A stretch of 57,531 nucleotides of DNA, counting the filler, from Sphacelaria rigidula (Eukaryota): NCBI GenBank assembly GCA_964200075.2. It is 5 parts of 5 records of this genome, joined end to end, with 100 filler letters (N's around TTAATTAATTAA, not from the genome) between each part and the next. Parts side by side here need not be neighbours in the genome. Positions count along the whole stretch, not along the records: positions 46,109 to 57,531 come from CAXNAA020004934.1; 4 more parts are not named here. One strand, 5' to 3'. The position numbers and the translations under genes are program-made. This document shows, piece after piece, positions 49,572 through 57,531 of the stretch. Each line of letters begins with the position of its first letter. The stretch's first letter is position 1. The notes below the pieces were generated by a model, which was not told where the DNA came from, made no database searches, and was given only the letters and a program-made list of their open reading frames with translations.

Positions 49572-51665
49572 AAAAAAAAAAAAACAGCTCCAAGACTGTC
49601 ACGAATAAAATGATCATACAGCGCATGATAGCTGGTTTCAGACTGCATAGTGCACCTCATACTAGCGACATTGGCAAAAACGATCCCAGTACGTGGGAAT
49701 TGCCACCTGCTCGGTGTTCTCGGCTTCCACCACTTTGATTTCTATGAAGATTTTGCCTCCTCAAATCAACCATTGTTCTGGGGAGGCGGGATTATCGCGG
49801 CATCAGGCGAAGTCGGAGTAGGGGTGATTTGGGGGTAGCGATACTCTAGGTACATCGAAATAACCAGTGCTTCGGATGAGTCGATATCAGGGTACTCCGG
49901 GATGCTCGATACTTTCGAAATTCGAGTACTCAAGGTACTCTCTGGGAAATGGAGCATTTTCGGCAGTCGAGTGCTCCAGGTATTCAGTTTTACTCAGTTT
50001 TTCGCTGGCAACCGATAGCTTGAACGCTCAGACAGGGAGAGTAGGTCATCTATTGAATCAGCATCACTTTCACTTGAAACAAGTATACATCATCCGAATG
50101 GACTACCCTCGCGGTCGAAAGGTGAAGGTGCCCGCAAGTACGTTGTATTTCGAGCACAGGGATGATTCTTGTTTTGGGATGTGGAGCGGATGCCTAGTAT
50201 CTCCCGATCCCCAAACTTCGGGATCAAACGTTCACTCGGATGAGCGGTGGCACGCGACAAAACTGTTGGAAATCGCGGACTATGAAAAAATTACAACCCC
50301 CCCCCCCTCTTCAGCTGCAAACTACTGCAGGGATAACACTGTATTACTCGGACGCCGCACATCTACTTCTACGGTACCTCCACTGTGCTTGTGCTTCATA
50401 CGGGTTTTTGTCCATTGTTGCGGCTGGACACTTCCGGTACTGCCAGGGTACTGATTGCTGCAAATGCACCGGAAATCGGGAGTACCGGGGGGTATTGCTC
50501 TCTATCCGAAACGCGATTACACTGTCGCCTTCTTGACACTGACACACGAACCCGCTTGCGGGGTGAGTGTCGGATAAAGTTTCCTCCTTCCTTGAAGAAA
50601 AAAAAAAGAAGCTGAAAAATCATGTTGTCGTAGGACATACGCGAGTTCGAGCGTCAGCGCCCTGAACCCGGGTAACCACAAAGATATCAAGACTCTTTAC
50701 TGCAGGAGAAACTGCCACTAACAAACAGATATTGTGTTGTATGGGCATACGTGAAGTCTCACACTTAGAGCTGTGAACTGGCGCTCTAGCCAATCAAGTT
50801 TAAACTGGCCGCGCCGGCGGCCAGTACATCGATGTTTTTCCAGCTATTTGGAAAAATTGGCGGTGAACGGTGAAGCCGCGAGCCCCGACGCCCCCACTCG
50901 GCTGGTGAGGGGGCCCCGCGGGAGCGCCGCCGGTGGAAAGAAAAATTACGGTATTCAGCCTGTTAGAAGATGTCGGGAAAAAAAAATTGAACTCAGGGAT
51001 AAGCGAAAAACTAATGGATTGTTTACGCTTAAACCCCAGATTTGTTTTATTTTTTCACCAGGTAGACATGGACCGTGGCCCACTTTTCAGGGTTTAGTAT
51101 TTTCTGTTCCGAATATCACGTGGTTGGTGTCATGGGTTAAAGAGGTAAAAGTCGCGCCGTGCTGTTCTGCGTTTGTACTCTGCGCCACCCCATACGGTGC
51201 TACCGTACAGCGCGGAAGAACATGTACAGAGCTGTGCTATGATAGGTTCGGTAATTGATTCCAGGAAGAAAGGACTCACAGGCGTTTCGGACAACCTGAC
51301 ACACTCGCCGTGCGCTAATATTTGGGTAAAACGGCGTCAAGCAGTATGAATGAGCGTTATTTGTCGGCAACACGCGCGTTTGGACGATCATTGCTGCCTA
51401 CAACGATGATTCGAAGTCTAATTTCGTGGAAGCAACGGCCCACAACAACCCCCGTACGATCGTAGCATGACTAGAGTTGTTTATGCTGTCCCCGTACCGT
51501 TGAATACGCGACAGCAGTATCATCAACACAGCCTCCGGGTACGAGCCCGGCACAGTGTCTGTAGTACAAGTGTGCACACGCCTGTTTGTGTGCGTGTGCA
51601 TATTTTGAGAAAGTATACAGTCATTCGAGATGAAGGTTCACTACGCAGTAGTCCTAGCTGCGTGC

Positions 51666-51922
51666 AGGCGACCGGGGAAACAAAGAAACCTGTCGAACTG
51701 GCTAAAGCTGACGCGGAAGGGCGGAAGTGGGCCACTCATGCAGCCGCTACGAGGGCTTCGACAAAATGGCCACCCAACGGTGGTGTTCCTGCGCGAGCTA
51801 ACGCAAGCTCCACGTTGGGTGGCCACTTTATCACGTCCTCGTAGCGGCTGCGTAAGAGGCCGACTCCCGCCCTTTCGCATCATAAGCCACGTCGACAGGT
51901 GTCTCGGCTCCCCCGTTCGCCT
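51666..51922. repeat. Imperfect long hairpin (~110-bp arms, ~33-nt loop)
   Basis: gcagccgctacgagg..tggccacccaacg / cgttgggtggcca..cctcgtagcggctgc; pairing extends out to aggcgaccgggg / ccccgttcgcct. Confidence 0.85.
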
Positions 51923-53918
51923 CAAAGTCTTCTCCGTAGTCTTGGATCACCCTCGTGAACGACCTGCTATCACCAGCGCTGTCGCGGGCGTTCACGGCAT
52001 CCGCCATCGCCCCACTGAATATATTTGTCCTACGGCTGTGTTCTGTAACCTTGGTCGTTATGGGGCAGGGTGTCTAGTTTCGTTTCTTAACCCCGAGTTG
52101 GGCACCAACGCTTTGGGGTGTTCAGCAACTCGAGGTTAATTCGAAAATTTAAAAGTTAATCTTGAGTTGCTGCGCACGTCTCCTCTCAGGGTTCAGTTTT
52201 CGGGATTCAAGTAGGAGAACTCGTCATATCCTGGCCGTAAATCCCAACTTCTTAACCCTAACCCTGAGTTTTCCCGGTCGGCTTTTTGTTTCCCAAACTC
52301 TTTATTTTTCCTCCAAAATGGGGATAGTTGTGAAAAATGTGACCCTCACGTTGAGGAAATATGAGGCTTAGATGACATTAAAACCCCGTTCAAAGCGGTG
52401 AGCGATTCGAAATCATTCATCTGTAGCATGAAGCAGCAGAGACTCTCCATGAGGAGCGGAGGATGGGAACATGCTAGGAAGCCAAGGCCGGCAGCACGTG
52501 GGGACGAGAGCGCAAAATTATTACGTCCGTGCCGATAAAACACGCATGCAGTTGAAGAGAAGGCCATGGTGGAATCTTGTTTTTTGTCGTCGCGGGTTAC
52601 CGTTTGTTATTCTTGTTTTCCGATGTCGTGCAAAGAAACGACAGACCTTGGCATATGTCCGCTTTATCATTTCGAGGTGTAGTAGTATGTGCCGCGTCAT
52701 GTTCAAAACGCTCATAATGCAATTAACAATTGGCAGTTGAGGTTTGGCTTTTGGCAGTTTCACGTCAAGCGTCCCGCCGTATACGAGCCGCGACTCCTAT
52801 TTCTGTCTTCATCTCACACAACAAAATATTTCTCATTAGACGAACCAGTCGCTGACCTACACGCTACGGCCGAAAAAAATGGATAACTGTGGAACCTCGG
52901 GGTACCAACGAAGCGAACAGGACAAAACAAAGCAGAAAACACCCAAGTGCTCAGCTGGGGACTGGCCCAGGGCAAACCAGTTCATGGTTGGGACGAATCA
53001 TCACGCCCAAGAATCGTGAGATCCACGATTTCTTCGGCCTGATTGCCCAAAGGGAGAAAAAACGTTGACCGCTGGTCCAAGGGGTATCCACGCAACTTTT
53101 GCGCCATTCCACGTGTCTGGGCTGCGTGTACCTGGGTTGCAACGCTGAATTTAAGTCAAGCCTAGGGATCGATTCGTCACGAGTCGACTCATTATACTAA
53201 AACCAAGTAATCTCCAGACGAATCATTGATTTGTCCGACCCTTGGAACTTTGCACCATAGAGTCCTGCCTGCCTTGGCTTGGTAGCTTCTTTTTTTCTCG
53301 TGTGACCTTAGCGCTGAGCGTTGTGGTGGAACGTAATTTGGACTTCTTTTACTCCGGTAGCAGTGGCGGCATTAGTGAGAGATAGTAATAGCAGTTGTGA
53401 TTAGCGTATTCGATGAGACGAAATGTTAAGTTGTGCCAGCGGCAGTATGGATGACTGTTTTCGGTTTTCCTCGTTCAGGGTGCACACTCATGCGCGGCGG
53501 GAAAAAAATTAAAGAAGGTACAGCTGTATATGTATGCTCGATTGGCTAATTATGACGTTGTTCGGCCAGCGTCAGACGAAAAATTCCGGAGGAAGAGTCA
53601 TCGACGTGGACGTTGCCGGCGTTGAAGCACGGGTATCTCCCGCAACTGCTCGACGATCGATCAGCCGTATGACCTTTGCGATCTGAAATTGATCTGTGTC
53701 CGTATGGGCCGTTTAGTCTATATATATATATATACATTTCTCGTGTGGTAACCTAAAGAAGCCTGTTGATCTGCGCACGTGGCGTGATGATTGATCTGTA
53801 TTACCCGTGCGATTCGTACACAGACACGCACACACTAAAGAGCAGAAAGCCCCAGGGACACCCCCAACAAACCGTGAAATTGCATTTGATGCTCTACACA
53901 ACGTACCTTTCCCGACAG

Positions 53919-56344
53919 GTGTCCGAGATAGACGGCGACGAAGCTTGTAGGCGCTTGGTCGCCCTCCAGAGAGCGGCGGCCTCCGAAAGGACCGCCAAGA
54001 AGGCGAAAGCCTCGCCGCCCACGCCCCCGCCTTCCCTCCAGCCGCAGTCATCCCCGGCGATGATCAAGAGCACTTCGACCCCTCAAGCGCCTGCCCAACC
54101 TGCGGTTGTTTCCACCGCTGTCACCATGGCAGCAGAGACGGGACGGGCGGGGAGCGGGGGCAGCAGGAGGATTATGTCGGCGAAGCATCTGGAGGGGCAT
54201 GTGGTGGTGCTAGGATTCCCGCCCAGGCCTTCCCACTTGGAGTGCTTCTTGCGTCCGCTCACTGGGTAAGGGGGGTATAGCGTGTGCAAGGCACTTAGTG
54301 TTTGTTGTTGTTGTTGTTGTTGTGTTGGGTGTCGTATGTTGTTGGCGATGGTGATATGATGCTGGCGAAGCTTGTCATGGTCGGGCTCGCTCTTGCGTGA
54401 CTGTCTTCAACAGAAACTGTACCGAACAACGAATGTGCGGGGCTTACAGTAATAAGATGCCGTTGTTGTTATGGTGCACTTGCCCCCATTACGAGGACAA
54501 AGCCGCCGCTAATTTCCACCCTGCTGTTTGTGTGTGTGTGTGTGTTTGTTTCACTAATAAAGTTTATATTTAGTGTCCACTCAATCGGGAGCTTTTTTCC
54601 GCAAACGACTTTTCACTTCCACGCGAACGTTCGAGAGCCGGTAGGCGTGGGAAATCGAAGCAGGTCGTGCTCGGGACGCCTTTCCCAATTCCGTGTCGTC
54701 GGACTAATACGTATATACTAACACAAAACACGATTTTTCAGTATGTAGCACGACGAATACCGCGATAATGAATAAACTGAACCGTAGAATTGTTCATTTT
54801 AATGATTCTTGTCGGTTTCGTCGAGTGAAGATATTAAGCAGCAAAGTTCGGATGTCAGGTGGCGTTGAGAGTCCCGACTGCTCCTACCTAGCGTGTGCAG
54901 AAGGCGTTTTTGTCCAAATCGGCGCAACAAGCACCGTTTCGAGGTCCACCAACGCCACACTTTGCCCATGGAACACTTTGCACCCCCCTCCCCTGGTCGA
55001 GGGTTCTCGTATGGCTTGGTTTCTGTTAGGGTTGGGGTCAAGGTTAGCGTTATGTCAGGGTTATAAATTTCCGGTGGAACTCAGATGGCGGCGGTATGAC
55101 CTCGCGCTGATCCGGTAGAATTATGGTTGATTCATCACTCAAAGAAAATATATATATTTGTGCTGTAATACGTTTACTGTAACAAACAAGGCAATGAATA
55201 GATGAGAGATGTGTGCCGATGGAAATTGAGTTGAGACCCGATGGATATTTATATTCTCTTCTGACGACATTTGCTTGCTGCCAGATTTTGTTTCTGATTT
55301 CCTGTTTTGTGCACGTGTGTCCCTTATGTCCCGGACCGGACCGGATCGAACCGAACGGGACCGGACCGGACCGGAATCTACACAAAGATGGACGGGAGGG
55401 GCAAAACAAGGTGGCCGAGGTCTCGCCGTGGTGATGCTGGAGAACAAGGTGGACCAACTGGAGAGTGCTCTTGGCGTCGTCGAACGTGCCGGAAATGTCG
55501 ACACCAGCGATGTGAGACGTTTTTTTAATCTTATCTTCTTTACTACCCCCCTTTAATACTCTTGGCCCTGTTCCAAGGGTTGGCATCGGTTGGCAACGAC
55601 GCCGTAAAGGACGCCACTCGCTGCCTAAGCAATGACAGGTTTTCGTTTTTTTTTCTTTTTTTCTCGTTTAAGCGGCAATCATGATATGATGGTCGGGTTG
55701 GATCACGTTTATGTGGGGGTGGGAGAACCCTCTCAACTTCGGGCGACGGGGATGGTCGTACTACGTAGTGTTTGAATGGTCAGACACCACGAGGTAGTGT
55801 GTAACCCGTTGCTGTCTCTGAAATTGGCGATACCAGAACATGAGGCAACTCAATATAGGCTGCCCTCCATATGTATGATAAGTCAGGAGGCTTCGGGTCG
55901 AACAATCTTAGCACGATGCAGCTCACCCTTCATATGACTCCCCGAGCGCATCACGACACTTGGAGCTTGGTGATTGATCGCGAGCCTGGTTCGGCTAAAA
56001 CCCGGCGTGCTCCGTCCCGGCTTTGTAGGGATGCCAGGTCAGTGGTCAGATGACCACGGCATGCAAAATCATGAGTACACCCCCCTTTATCGTTTGTATC
56101 TCCGTGAATTGCGCTGACGTTGTCATCCATTCGGTTCCCTTTGTCGTCTATCGATAGGTCTTCCTGATACAAGGGTCGTGCGTCAATCACGCTGACTTGG
56201 AGAATGCAGGGATCCGCACGGCGCAGTCGATCATCGTCATGAAGGACCCGAGGTACGATGCCTTATCACCAGCCTCTCGTTTAGAGATGGAGTAAAGATG
56301 GAGTGGAGATATGCTGGGCAAAACGGGATATCTAGGATTTTTCG

Positions 56345-56432
<88 letters not shown>

Positions 56433-56735
56433 ACATTTCGCAAACACGGCACACACCCTTGTGCTGACCCCGTCGCTGGAGAGGAGGATGGCTTTTGTAG
56501 AGAGACTCGTGAGCAAGTAACGTGAACGTAAAAAAAAGCACACGCGAGCATGTTGTTTACCCAACGACTTCCGCGACGATTCGCATTTCTGCTAGAAATC
56601 AAGTGTATGTGCGTGTGTGTGTTTCTCAAAAGGCGCCGCCAGCAAGAGATCGGGGCGACGGACCAGACCCTGCTGGACGCCGAAGCACTCCTGTCGTTCG
56701 TGAAGATGCAAGATGGCTTGCTTAACGAGAATCAG
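53919..56735 (+). CDS. BK/Slo-type Ca-activated K+ channel, RCK2-region exons 53919-54265, 55388-55511, 56158-56252, 56633-56735 (possible extra exon 53570-53666)
   Basis: LEGHVVVLG..LECFLRPL, VFLIQGSCVNHADLENAGIRTAQSIIVM and DQTLLDAEALL follow the Slo RCK2 motif order; splice phases are compatible. Confidence 0.8.
56344..56432. repeat. (GTT)n microsatellite
   Basis: Seen directly. Confidence 0.97.
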
Positions 56736-56761
56736 GTATGCAGCCACTACTGCTTTCGAGT

Positions 56762-56802
<41 letters not shown>

Positions 56803-57491
56803 ATGGTGGGCGTTGTCATGTTACAATTGACACCATGAGGGTAGAGAGGAATGAAGTTCGATTACCGCCAGGTGCGTCTGGGTTTTTTCTCAGAAGTATC
56901 TGAGACAAGGGAAAACAGCTGTGTAGAGACGACAAAAGGACCAACCAACTAACGTACGATGCATGGGGTTGTATTAGGAACAACCCTCACCGGGACCGGC
57001 GCGAGGGGAGGGGGGAGCACAAAATGATGTCTGGAACAAAATAAATGATGGCGTCAAGGTGGTTGGATTATTGTCGTGGAGTGCTTCGTTCTTGTAGTAG
57101 TATGTGGCCTAGTCATTCTTGGTGACGAGATTGAGCATTGATATGATCGTGCTCTGGCGGTCTCGGACTGTGTGGCCTGAGTGTTGACATTGCTGGGCTG
57201 ATGGTTGATGTTATCGCTTTCTGTTGGAGAGGGGGTCGTTTATTGCGGGTATGGTGAGGTGAAGGTAGTTGTTTGTCATAACGGCCTGTGCGATGACAAA
57301 GCTTAACGTGATTCACACGTACATACGTAGTAGTTTGCCGCATGTTCTGAACGGGAAATAAAATGCGAGGGCGTGCGTGCGACAGAAAATAACTCATATT
57401 TGAATCATGACTATATTCATGAAGTACACCCACACACACACACATGAAAGTGTATTGACCATTGAACCCGCCCCCCCCCCCCCCCCCCTCC

Positions 57492-57527
<36 letters not shown>

Positions 57528-57531
57528 CCCC

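Noticed and set aside
50630-50680. SNSRM as the missing BUD23 5' exon
   Set aside because: In-frame stop immediately upstream and no other conserved residues.
56187-56629. Poly-T/Q/C/V/N ORFs
   Set aside because: Translations of an intronic (GTT)n microsatellite.

Overview
Eukaryotic, intron-rich, repeat-rich DNA. Gene architecture and content suggest a brown alga (Phaeophyceae); this is an inference. The window is not one locus. It is five contigs of about 11.42-11.43 kb in non-increasing size order, joined by 100-bp N/TTAATTAATTAA linkers. Contig 1 holds an array of eleven intact, diverged, exactly 126-bp phase-0 exons, each encoding one 42-aa TPR repeat, matching the NB-ARC-TPR exon-cassette candidate immune-receptor architecture known from Ectocarpus. 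Contig 2 holds four exons of a CABLES-like gene, Gypsy remnants, a 1.6-kb TIR element with an 8-bp TSD, and a decayed ~300-bp Cys-rich tandem repeat. Contig 3 holds a minus-strand multi-exon gene with TNFR-like Cys-rich repeats. Contig 4 is TE debris, including an RTE-like LINE 3' end, a possible LTR and a decayed ORF with 2OG-Fe(II) oxygenase-like motifs. Contig 5 holds three internal BUD23/WBSCR22 exons flanked by inverted repeats and lacking a visible 5' exon, a ~260-bp hairpin, and RCK2-region exons of a BK/Slo-type K+ channel.
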